In this document: piece by piece, positions 1 to 12,200 of the stretch | Numbering within the stretch: position 1 is the first letter of the stretch | How the letters are laid out: every line of letters starts with the position of its first letter | Source: the human T2T-CHM13v2.0 reference genome, Homo sapiens | Length of the DNA stretch: 64,000 nucleotides | Strand: one strand, 5' to 3' | Assembly (NCBI RefSeq): GCF_009914755.1 | Contig: NC_060947.1 | Notes under the pieces: generated by a model | The model's input: only the letters and a program-made list of their open reading frames with translations | Told to the model about the DNA's origin: nothing | The model's database searches: none | Translations under genes and position numbers: made by a program

Positions 1-721
1 GGAGGAGGGGTGGAATCTCTTTGCTTTAGAAAACAATATCAATCCATTAGAAAACATACTAGATAATTACTATATGAGAGGTGTGTAAAGACCTGTAGAA
101 GTCAGTCATTTCCCTTGGTAGCTATTATGCTGTGGAGAGATGGCATCTGCATCATTCATAACCGTAGCGCACAAATTGGCACAGGGAGAAGGCCAACAGC
201 AAGCTGTTCCAGGTAGACCAGATGTCTCCAAGGGAGGCTGTCTCTCTAGAAGTAAACACAATGTCTATTTCCTGTCACTTTCACTGTTGAATAATTAGAT
301 ATTTGGTATCTGGAATAATTATTGATAAATAGGGTAATCCTTTTAAAAAGAGCATCCCAACTGTTCTCTTCTCAGAAGGAAGCACTTTTTCAAAACACAT
401 TCTCCAAAGGCACTGTTTTATCCCCTTTTCCCAATCACGAGCTGGTCTTGTGCTGCCAGATGTTGACTCAGAGATGAGGGAACGTGTCGGTGGCCACTCT
501 TTTGGGGGAAAGGTAGAAAAGGTGAAGGGGGAAAATAACTGGAGAATGTAAGAAGGCCTTTGTTGCCATCATTAACAGTCAGTCCAAAGGAGGTTGAAGG
601 ATGCTGGGGAAGTGGATGGGTGGGGAAAGAGACAGATGTAAGCCACGAAGTCATACACAGATCAGTACTCACTGGGGATGCTTGGCCAGCTTTGGTTTGG
701 CTGTGAATCCAATGGGCATAT

Positions 722-1400
722 GATTTGTTCGTTCAACAAATATTTCTTAAGTTCTTTCTACATCTGGGGAAGTGGTCTAGGCATTTGAGATCCATCAGTG
801 AAAAACAAAAGCAAAACAAAACAAAGATCCCAGCCCTTGTGGAGCTCCAGTGGGAGATTCAGACCAAAAAAAAAAAAAAGAAATCCTAAAGATAAAAATA
901 AATTATATAGTGTGCTAGTGGGTGATAAATGCTATGGAAACAAGAAAAAAGAATAAAACAGTTAATAGGGACTCGGAGTCCAGGGTGTGAGAACCTTTTG
1001 CAATTTTAAATTGGCTTTCTAGAGGGGGCATTTTGGAAGTGGTATTGGTGCATACATTTGACAGGGTGGAGAAGCCGGCCATGCAGATATCCCAGGAAAG
1101 AGCATTCCAGGCTGAGGGAACAACCATTGCAAAGAGCCTAAGGTGGGAAGATTACCTGTAGAGTTTGAAGGATAGCAAGAAGTCCAGAATTGCTGGAGCC
1201 CAGTGAGTGTATGTGTGTGAGAGAGGAGGGGCTCGGGGTAGGGGATGAGGAGGGACAGAGAAAAACGGGAGAGGGAAGTGGGCAGTAATAGTTGAGGTAA
1301 GAAAGATCAAAGGATACGGGATCTAGGGTCCTGTTGGCCCTTGCAGGAGCGCAACTTTAGCTTGACGGACAATGGGGAGCTTTTACATATTTTAGATCAG
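722..1400 (-). mobile_element. L2 LINE fragment (3' end)
   Basis: Starts with ttcaacaaatatttcttaag (reverse of the L2 3' tail) and carries typical L2 motifs such as gcattccaggctgagggaacaaccattgcaaagagccct. Boundaries approximate. Confidence 0.7.
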
Positions 1401-1426
1401 ACAAGTAGCCTTATGTGATCTACGTT

Positions 1427-1429
<3 letters not shown>

Positions 1430-1469
<40 letters not shown>

Positions 1470-1476
1470 ACACACA
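1430..1476. repeat. (CA)n microsatellite
   Basis: Directly visible CA run with one interruption. Confidence 0.95.
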
Positions 1477-3014
1477 AAACATCTTTTTGTCTGGTATGTT
1501 GAGAATAGATTATGGCATAAAAATAAAAGATTTCTAAATATATTGCCTTATATGAAAAGGTTGCGATGAGACTCCAATGCAAAAAAAAGCTTTAAAAATT
1601 ATAAAGCACAGTGCAGACCCAAACTATAATTATTTTACAAACAATAGAGTTCAAAAGCCAAGGTCCCTCTCGCCCCTTCCGATCCTTGAGTAGTAACTGC
1701 GTTCATGCAATTAAACTAGCCTGTTTAATAGAAGCTGCAGGAAAACTGATAACTATGTATTCAAAAACATGTAATTTTATGCCTGAGTTTTAAGTCATTT
1801 AGATTTTGCAGATTGCTATTTATTTTATGTTCAGTTTTTGAAATAAATGCTTAAAAAAAACGCTTTAGTACTAGGCTTGAATACTGAAGACTTTAAATAT
1901 AACAACAGACCAGGAGAGGAGCAGAAGTGTGGGAACTTTAAACCTATTTCTTTCTTAATCCCCTCGGAGAGCTAGACTGGAACACTGGCTGGATCTTCCA
2001 ACATTTCTGGGGGTGCTCTCTGTTCTTTGCGGTGGCCCTGCCGCCAGGTGAACGCTGCCGGTGGGAGAGCACACACTTAGTGCGGCCAGCTGACCTTCAC
2101 AGTCTGGGGGGAAATTTTAAAGGATTGTGGAGAAGAGGCCTTGAGACTTCAAGAGGAAGAAGAAAAAGGGGCCCAATGAAGCCTGAGCCTCCCAGGAGGT
2201 AGAACTGAGTTAATGAACAGGGCTGATTATCCAAGGTAATTATGTAAAAGAGAAGGCTAGGAGGAGTTCTAGATGGCTGCAACTTGGAGTTTACTCTGCC
2301 TAAGGTGAGTGTTTATGTTTCTGTGTTTTTGCTTCTCCGGCAAGGTTTTGTTTTGTTTTGTTTTTTTCTTCCCTGTTCCCTTCACCCAAGGCTCAGTGTG
2401 CAAAAGCAGCTCGCTCTGCGTGGCAGACCCCATTCTAATCCTTCTCTTTCCTTAGATTCTGAGCCCGGTTAGAATTAGCCTCCGCATCACGGGCTCCTGG
2501 GACCCTCCGCTCTATGCTCCTCGAGGAGGGAGCAGCTGTGTTCATCCCCCTACCCGCAAATGCCTCCGGTTCTTATTTGGCAGACACTCCCGCGGTGCTG
2601 CTGTCCAAAGACACACCTTCCCAGCCAGCCCAGTGGTCACGTCTCGCCCCAGCGATTCGGGAGAAGCAGTGGGAACTCTGAGCTCCCCGAATCGAGCCCG
2701 CTGCGCCTGGCATCTCCCTTCCCTTCCCCTTGACAAACGACCCAACCTCAATCATCCCTGCTCCTTCCGAACGCTAGTTTTGTTTACGGAGCAAACCGAG
2801 GCTTTGAGCAACCTGCGGTTGCACGGCTCTCCTTCGGCTTGGGGAGGGAGGGGTAGCGTTCACAGTTCTCCAGTGTGCCATAGACTGTTAGACCAGATCC
2901 TTCAGATCTAGAGGCACACGCAGTGGGTGACAGGAGAGTGCCCCCTCCCCCCGGGCGGGTGGGGGTGGGGAGAGGAGCAGGGACTCGGCTTGGAGAAGGA
3001 GGCAGGGAGGCAGC

Positions 3015-3510
3015 TGCAGTGCTGCGAGGGGTGCGTGCGCGTGTGCCCAGCTCGCCTGCCGTCTCCCGGCTCCGTCTGCGCTCCTCGGTGCGTGGGGCAC
3101 GAGGGTCCGAGGGCCGGGAAGCCAGAGCAGCGCCTCTCGCCCAGGCCTCGCTTTCTCTGGACGCCCGGCAGTCCCCGGGGCTAGAGCGCACGGGGCGGGG
3201 CGCGAGACCCGGGCCGCGCTCCCCGCCCCCGCCTCTTGCGCCCTGCCTGGCTCCCTCTCCATTGAGTTTTCCTGCCTCGGGTGCCTATCAATGGTCCTGC
3301 TCGGGGATGCACACGCAGCTCGCGGCCGGAGGGGGGTAGCAGCCGCCGCCTCCAGGTGCAGGTTCTCTCCGGCCGCCGCCGCCACCCGCTGTCGCCGCGA
3401 CTCGAGCCCCGGGCGCACTGAGGTCTTGGCCATGGGGCTGCGGAGGCTGCTGTTGCTGGCGTGAGAAGGGGCGACGGAGTTGTCGCGCTCGGGGGTCCCC
3501 AGCTGCCTGC
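3015..3510 (+). other. FRMPD4: Probable 5' UTR of FRMPD4 exon 1 (start position approximate)
   Basis: GC-rich leader directly upstream of ATG 3511. The transcription start cannot be fixed from sequence alone. Confidence 0.55.
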
Positions 3511-3551
3511 ATGGATGTCTTCAGCTTTGTGAAGATTGCAAAGCTTTCGAG
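3511..3551 (+). CDS. FRMPD4: FRMPD4 (FERM and PDZ domain-containing 4 / Preso1) first coding exon, 41 nt, phase 2
   Basis: ATG GAT GTC TTC AGC TTT GTG AAG ATT GCA AAG CTT TCG AG|gtagggg encodes MDVFSFVKIAKLS(S), matching the recalled FRMPD4 N-terminus MDVFSFVKIAKLSSHRTK. It lies in a CpG island and ends at a GT donor. Too short for the ORF track. Confidence 0.93.
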
Positions 3552-6500
3552 GTAGGGGCTGCGCGGGTTCCGTTTGCACCCAGGGCCGCTGCCGCGGGCA
3601 ACTTGGTGCCTTATTTTTCGGGAGGCTGGGTAGAGGCAAAAGCTGGAAAGCGCGACGGGGCTTAAGACAAACGAAGTGGCCGGGGGCTTCCACGTTCAAC
3701 TTATTTCTCACTGGCTGCTGAGGCTTGTGTAGCGGCGGGTGTAGACCACACACAGAGAGGTACATACATGCCCTCACCAACACACCGACATTCACGACAG
3801 TTTGTTTTCCCTAAGGAAAAGCCCCAGCGGTGTTTGGGGTCCCATGTATAATTCAGGGCTAAGAGAAGATGGTTGTAATTGCTACTGCTAGGGAAACCCA
3901 GAAGTGCTTGGAGCTTGGGTGCCTGCCTTCCAAGCTGCAAAGACCAAAAGTGCCGCCTTCCCCCAACTCCTAAATTACACCTCCACACCTCCACAAAGTC
4001 AGCTCCTAGATTGACCAGGTGCTCCCAACGGTAACCTAGATGGCGAAGTCATGTAGATAGAAGAGAAAGACTTTCAGCCTTTTTTTTTTTGGGGGGGGGG
4101 TAACTATATTCTTAAGCCTCGAAAGATTTAGAAATTTTCTTCTAAGTGGCCATGTTGTTAAAACAGTAGCTAAAACTAAATCATCGATTCAGACATTTTT
4201 GGGTAGTACTGATAAAAGAGGAACATTTCCACGCTTGGGCCGCCTAGGTGTTGCCTGGCCAGAGCACTCCTCCAGGTCTTCTGCCCTGCTTATGCTTCCA
4301 AAGTCTTCGTTTGAGCCACAGAGTAAGGTTTGTGCTGCTTGCTATGTGGCATTAATTGGGAAGAGCCCAATAGGAGTGGTCTTAGAAAACCATGCCCAAC
4401 CTTCTCTGCCCCTGGAGCTCTTTATAGCAGCTACCACCAGGACGTAGGAGGTAGACAGTTGGGTTTTTCCAGGATGTAGCTTAAAAACTTACTTGCAATA
4501 TGGACAGAATAATCCCAGGTTTTCCTTCAGTCCTGAGTGTCAGAGTGAGATGTGTTGATTGCATCAGGCAGGGATGAGCAGCTTCCAATAGTCAGAGGTA
4601 GAAACGTATGTTGACTTTGCTTTATTAAATTACATTAGACCACTTCAGAAAGGTTCTGTTTGGATGTTGCCATTCTCTCCGACATCTACAGGTCTTTGTT
4701 CTGCCTGCCCATCTCCACCTTCCCTTTCTACTAACATGGGTCAGTCTTCATGCCACTAGCAGATTTCCCCAGGCAGAAAGGCCCAGTGCAGCTTACTCTA
4801 AGTAGACTGGAGATACGCAGTTGATGGGTAAATACCTGTGTCTTAGAGCAGCTCAGGAAGAGGTGTTGTCCTGCAGATCAGAAGACTGATGTGTTAAGCA
4901 GTGGATGATTGTGGTGTGGCCAATTGTTTGCTTTCAAGCTGATCTCATAGAGGGCCATTGCTTCACACCACTATTCTATTAACTTCCTGCATGCTTCTGC
5001 CTAGGGCTAGTTTCTAAACAGCTGTCAAATATTGAACCATGGTTGGGAAGCAGCTGTGTGCAAGTTTAGAGGCTAAGTGGTACCCTCCGTGTGATGGACA
5101 GAGATACTGCTAAAGGGAAAGGGAAGTTCAACCAATAGTATAGTTCAAAGTAACCAGGATACTTTTTGGTGGCCTCAGATGCTAAAAACAGTTTAACAAA
5201 ACATCTAGAGCCTCGATTTAGTCCTTAAACTTAGGAACTTTGGAGAGGACAGTGTCATGTGTCAGTGAAAAGATGTTTCATATTCTTTTTACTAAATTCT
5301 AGGATGCCTACATGATATTCACAAATCTGAGTTTTTGCAAAACTCAAGCAAGGCTGTGGGGAGAGTGGTATCTTATTTTAAAGAGAGTTTAAAATTTAGT
5401 AAATGAGTGTGAGTTTCACTTTCTATCCTTAATGTGATCCAGTAGAGTGTTTATTCTAAAGACAGAAGGTGCAAATGTTCTGAGCTGATGTGCCGATTAA
5501 GAAATCTTCCATCCATAGAATTCTTCTTTTTCTTTAGTGTGAGCCCGAGGATGGTCCCCGTGCTGAGATAGAAGTACCTTTAGAGGGTCATCAGCATGTA
5601 AAAACACATGTTTGCAGTTGCTTGTTTCTGCCTTGGGAGGAAGAAAGTCTTGTATGTGTTTTAAACACTGTTACAGAAAGCAAGTTCTTTTCTCAAAGGT
5701 GAAGTATGAAAGTGCTTATACTGCAGGATTTTCCTGATTTCAGAATGGATAATCTTCCTAAAGGATTTAGCTTTGATCAGCATGGTTACTTCAGTGCTTA
5801 AAATTCTCTTGGTTTAGAGGCAAACACATGTAGTTACCCTGGGTACCTGGCCTTACCTTTGGTTCCTACAAACTTGAGCTTCTAAATGTTAATTCAGAAG
5901 GCATATCTTGGAAGTGATATTTGCTTAGTGTCCTATCTGTGAGTAAAGACAGTGTAATTACAGAGAATTCCAAGAGAATATTATTCGACACTGGAATAAA
6001 TAAACTGCATATTTTGACTTTTTAGAGTGTCTACATTTAACTATTCGTTTCCAGAATCTATACCCTTTTAATCGTGGGAAAAATCAGAATTGACAGTGCC
6101 CCTCAATAACCCAGTACCATTAAAAAAAAATTGCTGCCAAGTGTTGGAATTGCTGGTAAGTAGTTGGCACCCTTTACATCATCAGTTAGAGTTATGACCC
6201 TTGATTGCATCCTTCGTGGGTGGCACAGTGTGTCATGGTTCTATCTGAAGATGGTTTTTCCCGTTCTTCTAATTTTCTGGTTCTTAAACTGCTTGATAGT
6301 TTACATGCAGTTTTACTTCACTGTTTCCTTGGTAACAGTTCTATATTATTTTCCATCCTTGTAGATGAGAGCATTACAGATGATTGCCTTATAAACCAGT
6401 AATAGTATAAAAACAGGCATATATTTTTATTGTTACTGCTCTTTGTATTGACTATTTTATTTGTAAAGCAGATGCATTCTTTCAAATGTTTATAGAAGAA

Positions 6501-7774
6501 TGCAGTCCAGTAGAAAAACATATGATTATGCCCCTTTTGCCAGAGGGAGATGATTTGAGATCCAAAACTCATAGGGATGTTATTAAATTGAGTGATATGT
6601 TCATAGATTAAGTCCCTGATTTGGCTTCTTTTCTTTAAGCAAAACGGTAGACTTGATGATAATGATTGAGTCCCCACTGTTGATATGATGATTTCTTATA
6701 GTAGTAGGTAAATTTGGGGAATGCTTTACTTTGCATTTTCTTATAGTTGCATGGGTTATTTTGTGGTATATAGCAGTGACTAATATCTAATATTAGAATG
6801 CTAATTTTCTTACAAGTATCTTATATTTGAGGAAAAATACAAAATACATATGTATAGTTTCCTTAGATTTTTATGTCAAGTCCATTTAGATACTACTAAA
6901 CTTCTGTCTTTTACCTTTATCTTATTCAGAATTAAATATTTCCCAGGGAAAAGGGGAAGTTAAAGAAGTAATGCAAAAGGTCAGGGTTTTTCCCATATCC
7001 CCTATTTTTACTGAGTAATTGTATTAATATTGCTGATAATAGTGAGCTCTGGAGGCTAGCAATGAAAAAACCCCAAAGACTCTGGATTTGAATTTTATTA
7101 AAAATGCTACTTGCTCATCTTCTGAATCCTTTCTAAGTTCTGCTGATTTTTGTGACTGTCAGGAGGTGAAATGATGAACAGTTTCATAACAGAACTAGAT
7201 TCCTGTTTTAGGAATATTTAACTCTAGTTTCCCAAGAGTTGCTAGTTTGAAGCTGTGAAAGTCTAGTCGCTCGCAGTTCTGGGAAGAAGGCGTCTAGGTC
7301 AGGCTTTGTACCATTTCAAGCATCTCTCTCTCTCTCTCTTATTGTCTGGGGCAAGTGAGTTTCACCTTCTTGCTATCAGAATTTGGTACAGACTGACAGC
7401 TGCAGTGAAACTTACTTGTACTTTAAATGCATGACCTGGAAAGTCTCACTTTCTGCTTATGGTCCTTCCAGCTGTTCATTCTCCCCCTTTACATACACAT
7501 ACACTGTTCAACTTTAGTACTTTGTTATTTCATTTGAGGTTAACCGTGGAAGTTTAGCTGTAAGAGAATGTACATTATTGGTGAACTAGAAATGTATCTT
7601 TAAGGAATGAACTTGAAACCACTGGTTTCACACTTGGCTCAATAAGAAAACTCAAGACCGTTTAAAATCTTTGTTTAAGCATACCGTCCTGAAATCTACC
7701 ACTGTTACCATCAAATGATCTTTAATCTTGAAAGCTAATCATAGCAGGAAAAGAAAATTATGAATAGGCTAAAA

Positions 7775-8086
7775 CAGGGGTTGGCATACTGTGGCCTATG
7801 AGCCAAATCTGGCTTGCTGACTGTTATGGCATAGCCTGTGAGCAAAGAATGGTTTCTTTATTTTTAAATGGTTCAAAAATATCAAAAAAAGAATAATATG
7901 AAATTAAAATTTCAGTGTCCATAAATAAAGTTTTATTGGAACACATGTCCATTCATTTATGTATTATCTATGGCTGCATTTGCCTGACAACAGCAAAGTT
8001 GAATAGATGCCACAGAGACCTTATGGCCTACAAAGCCTAAAATATTTACTCTCTGGCTCTTTACAGAAAAAGTTAACTGACCCCTG
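7775..8086. mobile_element. MER58B-like hAT-Charlie MITE
   Basis: Termini caggggttggc...ctgacccctg; internal aataaagttttattggaacac and ggcctacaaagcctaaaatatttact; degenerate 8-bp TSD ggctaaaa/ggttaaac. Confidence 0.85.
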
Positions 8087-8305
8087 GGTTAAACAATGCC
8101 TTTTTCCTGTTTTCTCTTCTTTATCATTAGCAGCACACATGTGGGCACACACATGTCAAATCGAGCATATTATAATAAATACTTGAATTCACTGACCCCT
8201 GGGTTAAACAATGCCTTTTCCTGTTTTCGCTTCTTTATCATTATCAGCACACATGCGGGCACACACGTCAAATTGAGCATATTATAATAAATACTTGAAT
8301 TCACT
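8076..8305. repeat. ~115-bp tandem duplication (2 copies)
   Basis: actgacccctgggttaaacaatgcc...aaatacttgaattc occurs at 8076-8190 and again at 8191-8302. Confidence 0.95.
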
Positions 8306-10081
8306 AATGCACATTACCAGTTAATATAGACCTTATCTTTATTGAAACTTCTGATCTCAAATTACTTCTTGAACTGTTGGAAACTGACCATTAGAAGTGG
8401 ACATAATTGTCCTACTAATTTGTTGCACTTGGAAAAATTATGCATGCTTATTCTTTGGTCACTAAGTTGACCTGATATTTTTGGGGAGCTGGAGAGTTGC
8501 TTGTTAAGGTGATGTTTGCCTTCCATAAATATCCAGTTCAAAATGTATGGAAAAAGAATGGGTGATACTACTTGTATAGCCTCAACCAATGTGTGCTGGT
8601 GAACTGATAATCAAGTCAACAGGAGAATGCCTAGTATTTCCTTACAGTACACTTGAGCCATCTGGTCCTAATGGCTAATGACCTTCACTAATCTGTTTCC
8701 AAATGGAAATAAAACCAGATAAGTGGATTTAGTTGTAGTCAGAGGAATGGAGGTAGGCTGTATCAATTTGGAGTTGAGTTTAATCTAACTTTCCTATGAT
8801 TTGACTGAGAGCATTATAATGAGAAATCATAGACTACCTTTAGTTCTTTACAGCAAAAACATATATCAAAAGTATGCTGCCTTGCTTCTGAGTAATTTAG
8901 GTCATTATGTACTTAAGCTCTGAAAATTATCTTGAAGAAATCTAAGCCTTAGTTTTAGATAACAAAGTTAACATTCCCATTTTTTTTTTTTTCCTGGCAA
9001 AGAGATGAGAAGGGTTTTCTGCCAGAACTGTTCTTTCAGAAATATATTTTCAAGTATGGTTTACAGAATTTGGCATAAGATAAATAGTCTATACTAAATA
9101 ATTAGTGAGTGAAGTCATATACAATTCATTCTAACATTTGTTGCAAACAAATTGTCATATTTGTTTAGCTGAACAATTACCATGTCAGTACTTCTTTATT
9201 GAATATAACGGAATACAATGTACATGTTAAAAGTAAATAGCCTGCTCTTGGACTTGGTCTCAGAGAATAAACTTTTATTTCTGTTTTTACATTTGAAGTA
9301 TATATATATTATATATATAAAATATAATATATATATTTGGTGATTGATGGTTAAAAAGTCATCAACTTGTATTTCCAAGGAGTCTCTGTTTTACTGCTTT
9401 AAGCTCAATAAGCAAAGTTATGATGATATTGAAATGGGTTTTTATAGATGTCAGTAAGTTTTTATTTTAGAAAGTCTTTTTTGAAAGCTAGGAAAACACA
9501 ATCATTTCTATGAAAGAAATGTTTCCAAAGTTTGAAAATGAAAAGTAATTTCCCTGCAATTACAATTTACTATAGGGTTTTAATTTTTATTTTGGTTATT
9601 TTTTATAGGCTTCACAAGTTTTATGAGATTTGCTTAATTGAAAATAAGAACATGATTACCTGACAAAGATGAGGTTCAAAGAAAGCAGTAGGCAAAAGTT
9701 CATAAAATTAATGGTAAAATTTTCCTAATGAATGTAGGAATGAGTGTATTTTTCTATTGAACTGGCACAGTTATTTATCTGGTCAGAGACTGGTGTGGGG
9801 GAGAACACGCGGCCATCTGGCTGATTCAAGGCTGTTGTATTGATTCAACATTGGATAACATACTGACCATGGTGATTTTACAATGGTTCCTGTAACTGGA
9901 GTCCTGGATATTTGTCTCTTTTGAAGTTCACGATCCAAGTCACCGGTCTTTACCCTAGTACAGGAGCAGTTAGCAGTCTCAGCTATACAGTGGTGGAGTC
10001 TGGAATTAGTTTTGGTGTAAATCCCAAACATGCCCAACTGAATTGTGGCTCAGGGCGATGTCCTGCTTCATGGCCTAGGGC

Positions 10082-10280
10082 CAGGGCTGGCAAACTTAAC
10101 CCATCTGATGTGTTTACTTATTTTAGAAAGCTTTATGACCATTTTTATAAATAAAGTTTTATTTAAACACAGCCATGCCCTTTTGTTTGTATACTGTGGC
10201 TGCTCTTGGGAGAGTTGGATAGCTGTGACAGAAACCACATGGCTTGCAAAGCCTAAAATATTTACTCTCTGCCCTTTACA
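10082..10280. mobile_element. MER58-like MITE (partial)
   Basis: cagggctggcaaact start; aataaagttttatttaaacacagcca and gcaaagcctaaaatatttactctctgccctttaca. Confidence 0.7.
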
Positions 10281-10620
10281 TGGGTATTTTACTGTTCTTC
10301 TTTGATCTCTCTGCCCAGTACTCAAATTTCCCTTTGGGGCAGTCTGGGTGTCAGCCTTCTTTACTAGCAGGGGGAAGGATGGATATGGTTGGAGATTCAC
10401 CCTGAACACAGTCACCCTTGCCAGCCCCGCTCTGGGGGACTTAAACTGTCAGCACTTACAATACCACTTGTAGGTTAACTTAGAAGCTTTGTAAAGTGCA
10501 AATTGGATCCTCCCTGTCCCCTCCGTCTACATACTTTTGAGGGGAAAATCCATATTCTTTATCCTTACCCTTTTGGGTTTGGCCTGATTCACTTGGTTCC
10601 TTTGAGAACTGTATTTCTCG

Positions 10621-10925
10621 GGCTGGGCGCGGTGGCTCACGCCTGTAATCCCAACACTTTGGGAGGCCGAGGTGGGCGGATCACAAGGTCAGGAGATCGA
10701 GACCATCCTGGCTAACACGGTCAAACCCCGTCTCTACTAAAAATACAAAAAAATTAGCCGGGCGTGGTGGCGGGCGCTTGTAGTCTCAGCTACTCGGGAG
10801 GCTGAGGCAGGAGAATAGCTTGAATCTGGGAGGCGAAGCTTGCAGTGAGCTGAGATTGCGCCACTGTGCTTCCAACCTGGGCAACAGAACGAGACTCTGT
10901 CTCAAAAAAAAAAAGAAAAGAAAAA
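10621..10925 (+). mobile_element. Alu, AluY-like, full length
   Basis: ggctgggcgcggtggctcacgcc...gagactctgtctc plus A tail; gagatcgagaccatcctggctaacacgg motif; TSD gagaactgtatttctc (10604-10619) / gagaaccatatttctc (10926-10941). Confidence 0.95.
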
Positions 10926-10989
10926 GAGAACCATATTTCTCTGAACTTGTTATTCCTCCTTTCCAGCCTTAACTTCCTACTCAACACCA

Positions 10990-11038
10990 AACACACACGT
11001 GTATACACACACATACAGAGACACACACACACACACAT
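10990..11038. repeat. Imperfect (CA)n
   Basis: Visible CA-rich run. Confidence 0.8.
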
Positions 11039-11259
11039 CTACCCCTAACCATGTTGAATTTTTTAGAAGTCCTAAAAAGTGCCACACCCTGAGCCTTTGC
11101 ATAAACTCTTCATTTTGTCTGGAACAATCTTTATCTTGCCTCCTTTACACCTGAAAAATTCCTATCTGTCTTTTATATTTCAGCTTTTAATCTAAGGTTG
11201 TTCCATGTCACCTTCTCCAACCTCCCAATCCTGGGTTAAATAGCTCGACTGACATCTTT

Positions 11260-11620
11260 TATTAGCGAAGATAATTTCACTGCTTTAACAGATCAATCCC
11301 TCAATTTTTGTGGCCCATCTCTTGTTTGCTTGATACACAAAACAGGCATTCCTGATGGTGTGGGGGAGCTCTGATATGCTCAGCCATTCTGAGAACCTGT
11401 AAGATAGGACTATCTCATCTTCAGTATGCTATCGAAGGTTTCCTGCACATCAGTGTTCAGCTGACAGATGAGGGGAGAGAATGGTAGAAGATTGGGTGAC
11501 AGGTTTTTAAGGGCTATGCCCAGAATCAAAGTATACCATTCTACCCTCATTCCATTAGGCAGAACTCTGACCCTATGTAACTGTGAGGCAAGCTGGGAAG
11601 TTTAGTGCCACTGTGTACCC
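11260..11620. mobile_element. Old MaLR (MLT1-type) LTR fragment
   Basis: Motifs cattccattaggcagaactc and actgtgaggcaagctgggaagtttagt resemble MLT1J/K. Highly diverged. Confidence 0.45.
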
Positions 11621-11670
11621 TATCTGTGCTGGACATGTCATGCCCTGCTCTTTTCACAACATTTCTTCAT

Positions 11671-12100
11671 TGTGTGGTAGATTGTAATTTTGTTCCCAAT
11701 TCTTAAATCTTCCCTGAATCCAAGCCTTTTCCATGTGACATTATAGTTCTACTTCCTAGAGGTAGAGGGTACCTCTTTGCCCCATTGCTGTTGGGCTTGG
11801 CCAAGTAACTTGCTTTGGCCAGTGGAATATGGACAGAAGTCACAGGGTATCTGTTTTGGTACAAGTTTTTGGTAGGAGAATGCCTTTAAGGTATTGTACG
11901 TTTCTAAAAAAGAATGTAAAAAAGCAAAAAGCTCTTAACATTGCTATATGAAGAACTGCCTAGTTTAACCTGTTGGTCCTAGAAGCTAGATTCACATGGA
12001 CCAGCACCATCAGGCAAACCTGTGAGCATGAAAACAGATGCTTATTCTTGTATGACACTGTGTTATGCAGCATTGTTGTGGCAATGGCTGACTGGTATAG
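11671..12100 (+). mobile_element. MLT1H/G-like MaLR solo LTR
   Basis: tgtggtagattg start, acttgctttggccagtggaatatggacagaagtcaca core, and end tgttatgcagcattgttgtggcaatggctgactggtataga. Confidence 0.65.
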
Positions 12101-12200
12101 ATGGTATTATAATTGAGTCCAGTTTTGATCTGTGTCTCATTTATGAACTCTTCAAGGGCAAATCCCCTGGTATTAAACCTCCTTGGTTTATAGTAGATTT

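Larger units (their letters stand above)
2480..3800. promoter_or_regulatory. FRMPD4: CpG island / FRMPD4 promoter and exon 1 region
   Basis: Abrupt rise in GC and CpG density against a CpG-depleted background; GC box ggggcggggc near 3192-3201; encloses the first coding exon. Confidence 0.9.

Noticed and set aside
2036-2060. CTCF-like motif tgccgccaggtgaacgc
   Set aside because: Partial match lacking the GGCGC/GGCAG end; not supportable without ChIP data.
2592-2610. REST/RE1 half-sites (ggtgctg, ctgtcc)
   Set aside because: Order and spacing do not fit a canonical RE1 element.
2542-3994. Long overlapping ORFs on both strands across the CpG island (up to 204 aa)
   Set aside because: Expected in GC-rich DNA depleted of stop codons; Arg/Ala/Pro/Gly-rich with no recognisable domain. 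The real coding part is the 41-nt exon.
8076-8305. CRISPR-like repeat array
   Set aside because: Only two adjacent copies with no spacers, in eukaryotic DNA; no CRISPR array anywhere in the window.
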